Positions 1 through 14,332 of a stretch of DNA of 64,000 bases are shown here, in pieces. This stretch comes from an uncultured Solirubrobacterales bacterium. GTDB lineage: Bacteria > Actinomycetota > Thermoleophilia > Solirubrobacterales > 70-9. The DNA is taken from contig CAVWCU010000001.1 in NCBI GenBank assembly GCA_963753585.1, forward strand, positions 72,959 to 136,958. The letters are read 5' to 3'. The notes beneath the pieces are model-generated. The model was not told the DNA's origin. It made no database searches and saw nothing but the letters and a program-made list of their open reading frames with translations. Position 1 is the first letter of the stretch, and every line of letters starts with the position of its first letter. A program made the translations under genes and the position numbers.

Positions 1-267
1 GCTCCGATCGAGGGCCGCCACGTGTTGATCGTCGAGGACATCATCGACTCGGGCCTCACCCTGCAGTACCTGATGCGCAACCTGAAGGCTCGCAATCCCG
101 CCTCGGTCGAGGTCTGCGCCCTGCTGACCAAGCCCGAGCGGCTTCGCGTCGACCTTTCCCCACGATACGTCGGCTTCGAGATACCCAACCGCTTCGCTAT
201 CGGCTACGGCCTGGACCACGCCCAGCGCTACCGCAACCTCTCCTACGTGGCCGCGTTGGACGCCTAA
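1..267 (+). CDS. hpt: Hypoxanthine phosphoribosyltransferase, C-terminal part (5' end lies outside the window)
   Basis: Frame is open from base 1. PRPP-binding motif [14 protein letters not shown] and a C-terminal GYGLD...YRNL tail. Lies directly upstream of ftsH, as in most Gram-positives. Confidence 0.9.
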   Translation, partial: APIEGRHVLIVEDIIDSGLTLQYLMRNLKARNPASVEVCALLTKPERLRVDLSPRYVGFEIPNRFAIGYGLDHAQRYRNLSYVAALDA

Positions 268-317
268 GCGCATTGTCCGAGCTAGGCCGAAACGCCCTGG
301 TACGCTGAATTTTCCCT

Positions 318-2267
<1,950 letters not shown>

Positions 2268-2295
2268 GGCGCGGGGCACCTCCCGCTTGGGGTGG

Positions 2296-2386
2296 GAGCC
2301 ACGGGGTGGCTCTCGTCCTGACAAGCGCCGCGCTAATTAGCGCGGCGCTTTGAGTATCCGCCAGTCCGAGAGCCACCCCGTGGCTC
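2296..2386. repeat. Nested palindromic element G between ftsH and folP
   Basis: 20-nt arms GAGCCACGGGGTGGCTCTCG (2296-2315) and CGAGAGCCACCCCGTGGCTC (2367-2386) are perfect reverse complements. Each arm is itself a small palindrome. A perfect 28-bp central palindrome AAGCGCCGCGCTAATTAGCGCGGCGCTT lies at 2323-2350. Confidence 0.85.
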
Positions 2387-2413
2387 TTTCCCGAAGCTGG
2401 TGATACTTCGCTT

Positions 2414-3199
2414 ATGAGTCCCAAGCTCATGGGCATCGTCAACGTCACCCCGGACTCGTTCTCGGACGGGGGGCGGTATCTCGATGCGGGGGCTGCGATC
2501 GCGCATGGCGAAGAGCTTGTGGGGGACGGGGCGGACATCTTGGACATCGGCGGGGAATCGACTCGGCCGGGGGCTGAGCCCGTGGGGGCTGAGGAGGAGC
2601 TGCGACGGGTTGCGCCGGTGGTGGCGGGCTTGGCCGGGACAGCGACGCTCTCGATTGACACCTCGAAGGCGGCGGTGGCCGAGGCGGCTATCGAGGCGGG
2701 GGCGGAGATCGTCAACGACGTCACGGCGCTGCGGGGGGATCCCGGAATGGCAGCGCTCTGTGCCGAGCGGGGAGTGGGGGTTGTGCTGATGCACATGCCG
2801 GGGAGTCCGCGGACGATGCAGGATGACCCCAGGTATGGCGACGTTGTCGACGAGGTGAAGGAGTTTCTGGCGGAGCGGGTCGAGGCTGCGGTGGCCGCTG
2901 GCATCGCCGAAGACAAGATTTGGCTGGATCCGGGGATCGGGTTTGGGAAGACGCCGGAGCACAACTTGGAGCTGTTGCGGCGGCTGGGAGAGCTGCGGGA
3001 GCTGGGGCGGGCGCTGGTGATCGGGACCTCTCGCAAGAGCTTCATCGGCGCGGTCGACGGGTCGGCGGTCGAGGACCGCATCGGCGGCACGATCGCCTCC
3101 TCGATTCTCGCCGTGGTCGAGGGTGCCGACGTGCTGCGCATCCACGACGTGGCCGAGATGTCCCAGGCGGTCCGGGTCGCCCAAGCGGTCCTTGGGTAG
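2414..3199 (+). CDS. folP: Dihydropteroate synthase
   Basis: 261 aa. Motifs MGIVNVTPDSFSDGG, DIGGESTRPGA and GTSRKSF typical of the pterin-binding DHPS family. folP-folB-folK synteny. Confidence 0.95.
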   Translation: MSPKLMGIVNVTPDSFSDGGRYLDAGAAIAHGEELVGDGADILDIGGESTRPGAEPVGAEEELRRVAPVVAGLAGTATLSIDTSKAAVAEAAIEAGAEIVNDVTALRGDPGMAALCAERGVGVVLMHMPGSPRTMQDDPRYGDVVDEVKEFLAERVEAAVAAGIAEDKIWLDPGIGFGKTPEHNLELLRRLGELRELGRALVIGTSRKSFIGAVDGSAVEDRIGGTIASSILAVVEGADVLRIHDVAEMSQAVRVAQAVLG

Positions 3200-3208
3200 G
3201 TTCTTTCC

Positions 3209-3631
3209 ATGGAGTCGCATGGGAACGGGATCGAGTCGAGCGTCGAGGTCGAGCTGCACGGGCTCTCGCTCTACACCCACCATGGGGTGAGCGACTCCGA
3301 GCAGGAGGTGGGCCAGAGGCTCGAGTTCGACGTCTCCTTCGACGTTCCCGACTGCGACGCCGTGCTGACCGACCGGATCGAGGACACGGTCGACTACGGC
3401 GAAGTTTGCGACATCGTCGCCCTCGCGGCCACCGAGCGCAGCTACCGCACCCTCGAGCGCCTCGCCCAGGTGATCGGCCAGCGCCTGATGGAGCGTTATG
3501 GCTGCGCCTCGGTCCGCGTCCGCGCCGCCAAGCCCGAGCCGCCGCTTCCCTTGGCGATCCAGGAGGTCGCGGTCGAGGTCGTCCAGGAACGTGCCGAAGG
3601 GTCCGACGAAGACGAGCCCGACGAGGTCTGA
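3209..3631 (+). CDS. folB: Dihydroneopterin aldolase
   Basis: 140 aa with the FolB-like pattern (GVSDSEQEVGQRLEFDV...DTVDYGEV). Positioned between folP and folK. Confidence 0.88.
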   Translation: MESHGNGIESSVEVELHGLSLYTHHGVSDSEQEVGQRLEFDVSFDVPDCDAVLTDRIEDTVDYGEVCDIVALAATERSYRTLERLAQVIGQRLMERYGCASVRVRAAKPEPPLPLAIQEVAVEVVQERAEGSDEDEPDEV

Positions 3632-3638
3632 GTTGCCC

Positions 3639-4130
3639 ATGCGGACCGGCTATCTGGGCCTGGGCTCAAACGTGGGCGATCGCCAGTCGCACCTGAAGGC
3701 GGCCATCGAGTTGCTGGGCGAAAGGGGGGTGGAGGTCGAGGCGGTCTCCTCCGCCTATGAGACCGAGCCGGTCGGCGAGGTGCTCGACCAGCCCGACTTC
3801 CTCAACGCCGCGATCCGTATCCGCACCGAGCTGGAGCCCGAAGCGCTGCTCGACCTCTGCAAGGAGATCGAGGCTGCCCGTGGCCGCGCACTCGACGCTC
3901 CCCGCCACAGCCCCCGCCCACTCGACGTCGATCTCCTGCTGCTGGGTGACCTGCAGCTGAGTACCGACCGGCTTACGCTCCCCCACCGCGAGGTGACCAC
4001 CCGGCGCTTCGTCCTCTCCCCCCTGCTGGAGCTCGATCCGGAGCTGACCCTACCCGGCGGCAGGCGCCTCGCGGATGCCCTGGCTTCGCTCGGCCCCGGC
4101 CAGCGCGCCAGGCGCCTCAGTTCGCTCTAG
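3639..4130 (+). CDS. folK: 2-amino-4-hydroxy-6-hydroxymethyldihydropteridine pyrophosphokinase
   Basis: Internal ATG at 3639 of ORF 3498..4130 gives MRTGYLGLGSNVGDR. Also has ...PRPLDVDLLL...LTLPH, canonical HPPK motifs. Confidence 0.9.
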   Translation: MRTGYLGLGSNVGDRQSHLKAAIELLGERGVEVEAVSSAYETEPVGEVLDQPDFLNAAIRIRTELEPEALLDLCKEIEAARGRALDAPRHSPRPLDVDLLLLGDLQLSTDRLTLPHREVTTRRFVLSPLLELDPELTLPGGRRLADALASLGPGQRARRLSSL

Positions 4131-4134
4131 AGCG

Positions 4135-4890
4135 CTAGGCCGCCGCAGCGGCGCCGCGCAGCGGCTGCATCCAGGCAGGGGGGAAGGTCGGCGGGGCGTC
4201 GCCGACGTAGTCCGGGATGACGCGCCTTGCGAACCTTCCGGCGGGGCGGGCGTCGATGATCGGGCGAAGGTCCTGCATCGTCATCGCCAGTCGCAAGCTC
4301 GGCGCGATCTGGTAATCGGCGGCGTACAGCTGCTCCCCGTCCAAGACCCCGGACTCGATCCAGGCGTCGATGCGGTCGAGGAGCCCCGGCAGCTCCGCGA
4401 GGCCGCGGCGCACGTTCTCGTCGGTGGCCTGGTTGTAGTAGGCGGTTGCCACGAGGACCGGCCCCGCGGTGGCCACCGCCAAGCCGGTCGGGATCCCCAG
4501 CTTCGCCCCTTCGGTGAAGCTGCGCAGCGGTGCCTTGTCCTTGCGCAGAGTCCACCAGATCATCTGGCGGATCGGGTGCTGGAGCTCCTCGTCGCCGAAG
4601 CGCTCCGCCTCTTCGACGGCAAGTCGCTTCTCGGGATCCTCGGGGAAGAGCGGTGGCTCGGGCTGGATACGGTCCAGCTCGCGGGCGATCTCGCGCGAGC
4701 CCTGGACCTTGCGCCCGTCGATCTTCATCGCCGGCACAGTCTGTTTGGGGAAGCCCTGCACGCGAACCACGACCTTCTGCATCACCGGGAAGAGGTCGGT
4801 GCGCTTGAAGGGGATGCCCTTCGCGTTCATCATCGCCTGAACCGCCACGCCGGGATGGGAGCCGGGGATCGTGTAGAGCCGAACCTTCAT
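4135..4890 (-). CDS. Glutathione S-transferase / glutaredoxin-2-like family protein
   Basis: 251 aa. The N-terminal thioredoxin-like GST_N pattern (LYTIPGSHPG...VPAMKIDGRKVQGSREI) is followed by an alpha-helical C-domain. Convergent with folK, 4-nt gap. Confidence 0.6.
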   Translation of the reverse strand: MKVRLYTIPGSHPGVAVQAMMNAKGIPFKRTDLFPVMQKVVVRVQGFPKQTVPAMKIDGRKVQGSREIARELDRIQPEPPLFPEDPEKRLAVEEAERFGDEELQHPIRQMIWWTLRKDKAPLRSFTEGAKLGIPTGLAVATAGPVLVATAYYNQATDENVRRGLAELPGLLDRIDAWIESGVLDGEQLYAADYQIAPSLRLAMTMQDLRPIIDARPAGRFARRVIPDYVGDAPPTFPPAWMQPLRGAAAAA

Positions 4891-4928
4891 CGGGCGCTCA
4901 TCCTACGCCGTCAGCGATAATCGCCGCC

Positions 4929-5702
4929 GTGCTCCTAGCGGTCGACGTCGGCAACACCCAGACCCACCTCGGCGCCTTCGACGGCGAGCGCTTGGTCGAG
5001 CACTGGCGCTTTCAGACCCGCTCGGGGGCGACGGGCGACGAGCTGGCCGAGCGGATCGCCGGCCTGTTCGCCCTCTGTGGGATGTCGCTCGACGAAGTCG
5101 ATGCGGTCTGCGTCTCCTCGGTCGTGCCGCCGCTCGGCAGTCAGTACGAGCAGCTGACCGAGCGCTACCTCGAGGCCGATTGCCTGGCGATCGGCCCGGG
5201 GGTGAAGACAGGTATGCCGATCCGGATCGACAACCCGCTCGAGGTCGGCGCCGACCGCCTCGTCAACGCGATCGCCGCCTACGAGCGTTTCGGCGAGGCC
5301 TGCGTCTCTGTCGACTTCGGCACCGGCATCAACATCGACGCCGTCTCCGCCGAAGGCGAGTACCTCGGCGGAGCGATCGGTCCCGGCCTCGCGCCCTCGC
5401 TCAGCGCTCTGATCGAGCGGGCGGCCCGGATCACACGGATCGACCTGGAAGAGCCACAGGAAGCGATTGGTCGCTCGACCCGCGCCGCGATCCACTCCGG
5501 CTTCATCTTCGGCTTCGCCGGCCTGATCGACGGCATCGTCAGACGGATCGAAGAGGAACTCCCGAACCCGCGGCTGCTAGCCACGGGTGGGTACGCCTCG
5601 GCCGTCGTCCCCTTCACGGAGACGATCGACGAGGTGGACGACCTGCTTACCCTGAAGGGGTTGAGGTTGATCCATGCGAGGAACACGCCCACAACTGACT
5701 GA
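4929..5702 (+). CDS. coaX: Type III pantothenate kinase
   Basis: 257 aa. N-terminal LLAVDVGNTQTHLG, then DFGTGINID and ATGG motifs of the CoaX/ASKHA fold. GTG start. Confidence 0.9.
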   Translation: MLLAVDVGNTQTHLGAFDGERLVEHWRFQTRSGATGDELAERIAGLFALCGMSLDEVDAVCVSSVVPPLGSQYEQLTERYLEADCLAIGPGVKTGMPIRIDNPLEVGADRLVNAIAAYERFGEACVSVDFGTGINIDAVSAEGEYLGGAIGPGLAPSLSALIERAARITRIDLEEPQEAIGRSTRAAIHSGFIFGFAGLIDGIVRRIEEELPNPRLLATGGYASAVVPFTETIDEVDDLLTLKGLRLIHARNTPTTD

Positions 5703-6675
5703 TCCCTTCCGGATCGCCGACGTCGAGATCTCCAATCGCGTCCTGCTCGCCCCCCTGGCGGGGATCGGCAACTGGTTCGTGCGACTGCAGGCGAAGCGAT
5801 ACGGCGCCGGGCTGGCCGTCTCGGAGATGGTCTCGAGCTTCGGCCTGCACCACCGCAACGAGCGCACCCTGCGCGAGCTGATGCGCATCCACCCGGACGA
5901 GCACCCGGTCTCGCTGCAGCTCTTCGGCCACGACGCCGAGGTGATGCGCTCAGGAGCGGCGATCGCCGCCGAGGCCGGGGCGGACCTGATCGACATCAAC
6001 ATGGGATGCCCGGTGCGCAAGGTGCGCAAGACGGGGGCGGGAGCCGAGCTGCTGCGCGACCACGAGCTCGCCCTCTCGCTTGCCCGCAGCGCGGCCGAGG
6101 GCAGTGGTCTTCCCGTCACGGTGAAGCTGCGCTCGGGGATCGAAGCGGGCGATCGTTCCGGCTTCGAGCTCGCTGTCCGCCTGGCCGAGGAGGCGGGCGT
6201 CGCGGCGATCGCCTTTCACCCGAGGGCGGCCACGGTCGGTCACAAGGGAAGCCCCGACTACGAGCTCACGCACGAGCTGGTCGAGCGGGTCGAGGTGCCG
6301 GTGATCGTCTCGGGGGGGTTGAACAGCGCGGCAGCGGCCCGTGCCGCCTACGAGGAGTCGGGGGCGGCCGCGGTGATGATCGCTCGCGGCTCGCTCGGCA
6401 ACCCATGGGTCTTCGAGGAGCTGACCGGCGCTCGCACCGAGCCCCCCGACCGGGCCGAGGTCGTCGCCGAGCTGCTCTGGACGATCGACCGTGCCGAGGA
6501 GCACCTCGGCAGCGACCGGGCCAGCCGTTACCTGCGCAAGTTCTACCCCTGGTACGTCGAGCGGCTGGGTGCGGGCCCGGAGCTGACGGACGAGCTGCAC
6601 CGCAGAGCCGACCTCCCCGAGGCCCGTCGCCTGATCGCCGGTTTGGCTGCTCCAGAACCCGCTTCACGCCTCTAG
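5674..6675 (+). CDS. dus: tRNA-dihydrouridine synthase
   Basis: 333 aa. Motifs LAPLAGIGN, DINMGCPVRKV and the GNPW region typical of the Dus family. Overlaps the coaX 3' end by 29 nt. Confidence 0.9.
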   Translation: MRGTRPQLTDPFRIADVEISNRVLLAPLAGIGNWFVRLQAKRYGAGLAVSEMVSSFGLHHRNERTLRELMRIHPDEHPVSLQLFGHDAEVMRSGAAIAAEAGADLIDINMGCPVRKVRKTGAGAELLRDHELALSLARSAAEGSGLPVTVKLRSGIEAGDRSGFELAVRLAEEAGVAAIAFHPRAATVGHKGSPDYELTHELVERVEVPVIVSGGLNSAAAARAAYEESGAAAVMIARGSLGNPWVFEELTGARTEPPDRAEVVAELLWTIDRAEEHLGSDRASRYLRKFYPWYVERLGAGPELTDELHRRADLPEARRLIAGLAAPEPASRL

Positions 6676-6791
6676 CTATAATCCCGCGACTTCCGGCCCT
6701 GGTGTGGTGACTCGATGCCGCCGCACCTGGCCGTTTTTTCGGTCTAGGAGCCGGCTCTGCCGTCTCAATCCAACAAGCGAGGTCAGGACAA

Positions 6792-7271
6792 GTGAGTCGC
6801 CAGTCCGTAATCACCCCTGAGGGTCTCGAGAAACTCAAGGAGGAGATAGAGCGTCTTTCGACCGTGAAGCGGCGCGAGGTCGCCGAGCGGATCAAGGAGG
6901 CGCGCGAGTTCGGTGACATCTCTGAGAACGCCGAGTACGACGACGCCAAGAACGAGCAGGCCCTGCTCGAGCAGCGGATCGCCCAGCTCGAAGAGAGGCT
7001 GCGCCGGGCCACGGTGATCGACGAGAAGGATCTCGGCACCGACGAAGTCCAGTTCGGCTCGATCGTCCACGTCAAAGACCAGAAGACGGGCGACTCTCAA
7101 AAGTTCCAGATCGTCGGCTCGACCGAGGCCGACCCACTCGAGCACAAGCTCTCGAACGAGTCGCCGATCGGCAAAGCGCTGATTGGCCACAAGCGGAACG
7201 ACATCGTCACGGTCGAGGTTCCACGGGGGCCGAAGAAGAAACTCAAGATCACGAAGATCGAGACCGCATAG
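6792..7271 (+). CDS. greA: Transcription elongation factor GreA
   Basis: 159 aa. Has the coiled-coil N-domain with acidic tip (DISENAEYDDAK) and the C-terminal FKBP-like domain. GTG start. Confidence 0.95.
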   Translation: MSRQSVITPEGLEKLKEEIERLSTVKRREVAERIKEAREFGDISENAEYDDAKNEQALLEQRIAQLEERLRRATVIDEKDLGTDEVQFGSIVHVKDQKTGDSQKFQIVGSTEADPLEHKLSNESPIGKALIGHKRNDIVTVEVPRGPKKKLKITKIETA

Positions 7272-7283
7272 GGTCTCGCTCCA

Positions 7284-8762
7284 ATGGGCGAGACCGAAGA
7301 GCCGAAACTCTCCGACGTTCTCGCCGACAGGCGAGAGAAGCTGGAGCGCCTGAGGGAGGCGGGGATCGATCCGTTTCCCCCTGAGTTCGCCGAGCGTGAG
7401 GACATCGGTGAGGTCCGCGCCGCGCACGAGGGGCTGGCGCCGGGGATCGAGACCGAGTCGCGCCACCGGGTCGCGGGGCGGATCGTCGGCCGCCGCGGCC
7501 ACGGCAAGGCCTGCTTTCTCGACCTCCGCGACGGCAGCGGCCAGATCCAGCTCCATGCCCGCGAGGACCTCCTCGGCGAGGAGCCGTACCGCCTGCTGGT
7601 CGACCTCGACCTCGGCGACATCGTCGGCGTCGAGGGCACGGCTCTGGCGACCAGGCGCGGCGGCGAGCTTTCGCTGGCGATCGACCGCTGGCGCCTGCTC
7701 GCCAAGAGTCTGCGGCCGCCCCCAGACAAGTTCCACGGCCTCGAGGACGTCGAGACCCGCTATCGCCATCGCGAGCTGGACCTGATCGCCAACGAGGAAA
7801 GCCGGCGCCTCTTCGCACTGCGCGCCCGCACCGTCAGCGAGATCCGCCGCTGGCTCGACGAACGCGGTTTCGTCGAGGTCGAGACGCCGGTCCTGCAGCC
7901 GCTCTACGGCGGTGCCCTGGCGCGGCCGTTCACGACCCACCACAATGCCCTCGATCGCGACTTCTACCTGCGGATCGCCACCGAGCTCTACCTCAAGCGG
8001 CTCGTGGTAGGCGGCATCGACCGCGTCTACGAGCTGGGCAAGGACTTCCGCAACGAGGGCGTCTCGCACAAGCACAACCCCGAGTTCACGATGCTCGAGT
8101 GGTACGAGGCCTGTGCGGACTACGCTGCCACCGCGCACAAGGTGGAGACGATGGTCGCCGAGGTGGCCGAGCGGGTGCTGGGAACGACCGAGGTGAAGCG
8201 CGGCGAGGTGACGATCGACTTCGCCCCGCCCTGGAAGCGGGTGACCCTGCGAGAGGCGATTCGCGAGCGCACCGGCATCGACATCCTCGAGCATCCGACC
8301 CGGGAGGCGCTGGCGGCGGCGATGGGAACCGAGGCAGAGCCGGACGAGGGCTGGGGCAAGCTGGTCGACGGGCTGCTCTCCAAGTCGGTCGAGCCGGAGC
8401 TGGTCCAGCCCACCTTCGTCCTCGACTATCCGGTCGAGCTCTCGCCCTTCGCCAAGTCCCATCGCTCCGAGGAGGGGCTGGTCGAGCGCTTCGAGGCCTT
8501 TGCCGGCGGGATGGAGATCGCCAACGGGTTCAGCGAGCTCAACGACCCCGACGAGCAGCGCCGGCGCTTCGAGCAGCAAGCGGAGGAGCTGGCGCGCGGC
8601 GACGAGGAGGCCCAGCCCTACGACGAGGACTTCGTCACCGCGCTCGAACAGGGGATGCCGCCGACCGGAGGCGTCGGCATCGGGATCGACCGTCTGGTGA
8701 TGCTGCTGACCGGCGCCCAGAGCGTCCGCGAGGTCGTTCTCTACCCGGCGATGCGCAGTTGA
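7284..8762 (+). CDS. lysS: Lysine--tRNA ligase (class II)
   Basis: 492 aa. OB-fold N-domain, class II motifs (FRNEG, ELNDP, GIGIDRLVMLL). Confidence 0.97.
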   Translation: MGETEEPKLSDVLADRREKLERLREAGIDPFPPEFAEREDIGEVRAAHEGLAPGIETESRHRVAGRIVGRRGHGKACFLDLRDGSGQIQLHAREDLLGEEPYRLLVDLDLGDIVGVEGTALATRRGGELSLAIDRWRLLAKSLRPPPDKFHGLEDVETRYRHRELDLIANEESRRLFALRARTVSEIRRWLDERGFVEVETPVLQPLYGGALARPFTTHHNALDRDFYLRIATELYLKRLVVGGIDRVYELGKDFRNEGVSHKHNPEFTMLEWYEACADYAATAHKVETMVAEVAERVLGTTEVKRGEVTIDFAPPWKRVTLREAIRERTGIDILEHPTREALAAAMGTEAEPDEGWGKLVDGLLSKSVEPELVQPTFVLDYPVELSPFAKSHRSEEGLVERFEAFAGGMEIANGFSELNDPDEQRRRFEQQAEELARGDEEAQPYDEDFVTALEQGMPPTGGVGIGIDRLVMLLTGAQSVREVVLYPAMRS

Positions 8763-8916
8763 ACCGACCAAAAGGCCGCTCTGAGCGAAATTTTGCGTCC
8801 CGGGGCCGGTTGGACGCTCTCGGTATCGTTAATGGGCACATGGGCGCCTCCCGATAACCGAAGGGCGTCTGCCGATACTTACTCAGCGCAGTTGCGTTGA
8901 GTGGATAGAGAGACTT

Positions 8917-11517
<2,601 letters not shown>

Positions 11518-11634
11518 CCATAGTCTGCGGCGCGCGGGTCCTGTCGCGGCGGCCCTCCCCCATGTGCTCGGGCGCGCCGCGCCCTCCGCTATGGGGGACC
11601 CCCGCCACCGCGCCACCCGCGCGAGCTGCGGCTT

Positions 11635-12777
11635 ATGGTTCACGGCATGCGTGAGCCTGGGCGTGCTGCCATAGGAACCTGGAGTGGGGGCCGGTACTTG
11701 CGCTTCGGCGAAGCCGTTGCCGAGGAGCGGCTCGAAGGACTTCTGCGCCCTGGCGCTGGCATTGACACGCTGCTGACGGCGGATACCTATGGCCAGGGCG
11801 AGGCGGACTCGTTGCTGGGGCGGGCGTTGGCGGGGGTGCCGCGAGAGGACTACTGCCTGGTTGGGGCGGTTGGCCATGACTTCTATGAGGGAGAGCGGGA
11901 TGGGCCTCGGGGGTTTCCGCGCTTTACGGATCCGCGGCTGCGGGGGGAGGGGGAGTACGCGGAGTACCTGAGGATGGCTGCGGAGCGGAGCCTCGAGCGG
12001 ATCGGTGTTAGCTCCTTCGACCTGCTTCTGCTCCACAACCCGGACCGGATCGGCTATTCCAGCGAGGCGGTCTGGGACGGGATGGAGGCGTTGCGCGAGG
12101 CTGGGCTGACCTCGCAGATCGGGGTTGCGCCTGGGCCTGCGAACGGGTTCACACTCGACCTGATCGCTTGCCTGGAGCGCTTCGGCGAGCGGATCGATTG
12201 GGCGATGATCATCCTTAATCCGTTCGAGCCCTGGCCGGGTGAGCTCTGTCTCGACGCGGCACAGCGGCACGGGGTCAAGGTGATCACCCGCGTCGTCGAC
12301 TACGGCGGCCTCTTCTGGGGCGACCTGCGACCGGGAATGGAGCTGGCCAAGGGCGACCACCGCGCGTTTCGTCCCGAGGGCTGGATCGAGGCCGGGCTGG
12401 AGAAGCTCGGCCGGCTGGCGCCGGTTCGAGAGCGCACCGGCCTCAGCCCGATGCACCTCGCCTGCCAGTGGAACCTCGCCCACCCGGCCGTGGAGTGCGT
12501 GGTGCCGACGTTGATCCAGGAGGCCGGGGCCGGCGCCCGCCCGATCGAGGAGAAGCGGGCAGAGCTGGCGGCGGTGCCTGCCGAGCAGCGCCTCGACGGC
12601 GACGACGTCGCCGCGATACGCGCGATCGGCGACAACACGGGATGCATGGTGCTGAAGGGTGCCAATCCGCAGCACGAGGGCGAGGAGCGCCCCGATCGCT
12701 GGTCGCTCAGCGACGAGCTGGTCGAAGTTGGGGGGCGCTGGGGTATCGACCCCGATCGCGACCTCCTCGCCACATAG
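11635..12777 (+). CDS. Aldo/keto reductase family oxidoreductase
   Basis: 380 aa with an AKR-like pattern (DTADTYGQGEADSLLGRAL, LLLLHNPD). The exact start is uncertain: ATG 11635 or 11647. Confidence 0.75.
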   Translation: MVHGMREPGRAAIGTWSGGRYLRFGEAVAEERLEGLLRPGAGIDTLLTADTYGQGEADSLLGRALAGVPREDYCLVGAVGHDFYEGERDGPRGFPRFTDPRLRGEGEYAEYLRMAAERSLERIGVSSFDLLLLHNPDRIGYSSEAVWDGMEALREAGLTSQIGVAPGPANGFTLDLIACLERFGERIDWAMIILNPFEPWPGELCLDAAQRHGVKVITRVVDYGGLFWGDLRPGMELAKGDHRAFRPEGWIEAGLEKLGRLAPVRERTGLSPMHLACQWNLAHPAVECVVPTLIQEAGAGARPIEEKRAELAAVPAEQRLDGDDVAAIRAIGDNTGCMVLKGANPQHEGEERPDRWSLSDELVEVGGRWGIDPDRDLLAT

Positions 12778-12787
12778 CCTGCGCCCG

Positions 12788-14218
12788 ATGGATCGCAAGT
12801 GGTGGACCCTGATCGGGGCCTGCTCGGGCCTTTTCATCTTGATGCTCGACTCGACCGTCGTCGCCCTCGCCCTGCCCAGCATCAGGCACGACATCGGGGC
12901 GAGTGCCGAGGGCCTGCAGTGGGCGATGAACGGCTACCTGTTGGCGATCACGATCCTGGTCGTCACGGCTGGGCGGCTGGGCGACATGTTCGGTCGCAAG
13001 CGGCTGTTCCTCGCCGGCATGGCTGTCTTTGCCCTCGGTTCGGTGCTCTCCGCCAGCGCCGGCGACCAGCAGATGCTGATCGCGGGCCGGGTGCTGCAGG
13101 GCATCGGTGCGGCACCGATGCTTCCCCTCTCGCTGGCGATTGTCTGCAATGCCTTTCCGGCCGGCAAGCAGGCTCGCGCGCTGGGCATCTGGGCGGCGAT
13201 CTCGGCCCTGGCGCTGGCGATCGGGCCGCTTGTCGGCGGGCTCCTGGTCGAAATCGATTGGCGGGCGATCTTCTGGATCAACCTGCCGATCGCTGCCATT
13301 GGGATCGCGATCATGGCCCTGGCCGCGCCCGAGTCCACCGACCCCGGCTCGGGACGCCACGTCGACGTCCCCGGCCTGCTCGCGCTCAGCCTCGGCCTCA
13401 CCGCGACGATCCTGGCGCTGATCCAGAGCCAGGTGTGGAGCGGCGAGACGACGGCTGCGCTCGCGCTCGGCGGCCTGGCGGCGCTCTGGGCCTTCTGGCG
13501 GATCGAGCACCGCTCGCGCGAGCCGATCGTCGACTTCGCTCTGTTTCGCAACCGGCCCTATTTCGGTGCCTGCGCGGCGGCCTTCACCCTGGTTGGCTCC
13601 TACTGGGCCGTGATGTTCTTCCAGCCGCAATACCTCCAGGACGTACGCGGCCACTCGGCTGTGTTGAGCGGCCTGATGATCATGCCGATCACGGCGCCGA
13701 TGGTCGTCATCTCGCCCCTCTGCGGACGCCTGATCGTCCGCTTCGGCGCTCGCGGCCTGATGACGGCGGGAATGTCCTGTGGGGTTGCCGGGCTGCTCGT
13801 GCTGACCCGTCTGGAGGCCTCCAGCTCATATGGCCTGCTGCTCGCCGGCTACCTGCTGTTCGGGATCGCCTTGGGCCTCGTCTACGCGCCGATGTCGACC
13901 GCCGCGATGGCCGCGATGCCGGCTGAGAAGGTCGGCATCGCCTCCGGCGTGCTGGCGATGGACCGCGTGATGGCCGGCACGATCGCCCTCGCCGCCGCCG
14001 GGGCTGTTTTCCACGCCCTGCACGGGGGAGGCGATTCGTTTGCCACCGCGGTGGCCGGCTCGACCTGGGTCTCGGTCGCCCTCTGCGCCCTCGGAACCGT
14101 CCTGACCTGGAAGTTCGTTCGCGATCCCGGTGCGCCCGGTCCCGACCCTGCCGTGGCAGGCGAACCGCAGGGCGATGACCTCCAGCACCACCGCCATCAC
14201 CGTCGTTTCCACCTCTGA
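12788..14218 (+). CDS. MFS transporter, DHA2 (EmrB/QacA-like, 14-TM) family
   Basis: Start moved to internal ATG 12788 (MDRKWWTLIGACSGLFILMLDSTVVALALP). Motif GRLGDMFGRKR, many TM helices. Confidence 0.85.
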   Translation: MDRKWWTLIGACSGLFILMLDSTVVALALPSIRHDIGASAEGLQWAMNGYLLAITILVVTAGRLGDMFGRKRLFLAGMAVFALGSVLSASAGDQQMLIAGRVLQGIGAAPMLPLSLAIVCNAFPAGKQARALGIWAAISALALAIGPLVGGLLVEIDWRAIFWINLPIAAIGIAIMALAAPESTDPGSGRHVDVPGLLALSLGLTATILALIQSQVWSGETTAALALGGLAALWAFWRIEHRSREPIVDFALFRNRPYFGACAAAFTLVGSYWAVMFFQPQYLQDVRGHSAVLSGLMIMPITAPMVVISPLCGRLIVRFGARGLMTAGMSCGVAGLLVLTRLEASSSYGLLLAGYLLFGIALGLVYAPMSTAAMAAMPAEKVGIASGVLAMDRVMAGTIALAAAGAVFHALHGGGDSFATAVAGSTWVSVALCALGTVLTWKFVRDPGAPGPDPAVAGEPQGDDLQHHRHHRRFHL

Positions 14219-14332
14219 TCGCGGGACTTGCGGCCTTGGGTGACGAGGTTCCTTGACAACGACCATCCCGACCTGTCCACTTGGATTTGCCCAGTCCGCA
14301 TTCCAAAGCGGTTTTTGCCATCCTAGAAGGCG

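Noticed and set aside
8763-8916. ClgR or CtsR operator upstream of clpC
   Set aside because: The only CGC...GCG candidate (AGCGCAGTTGCGTT) has a 4-nt rather than the 5-nt spacer I recall for ClgR boxes, and no CtsR heptad repeat is present. The evidence is insufficient.
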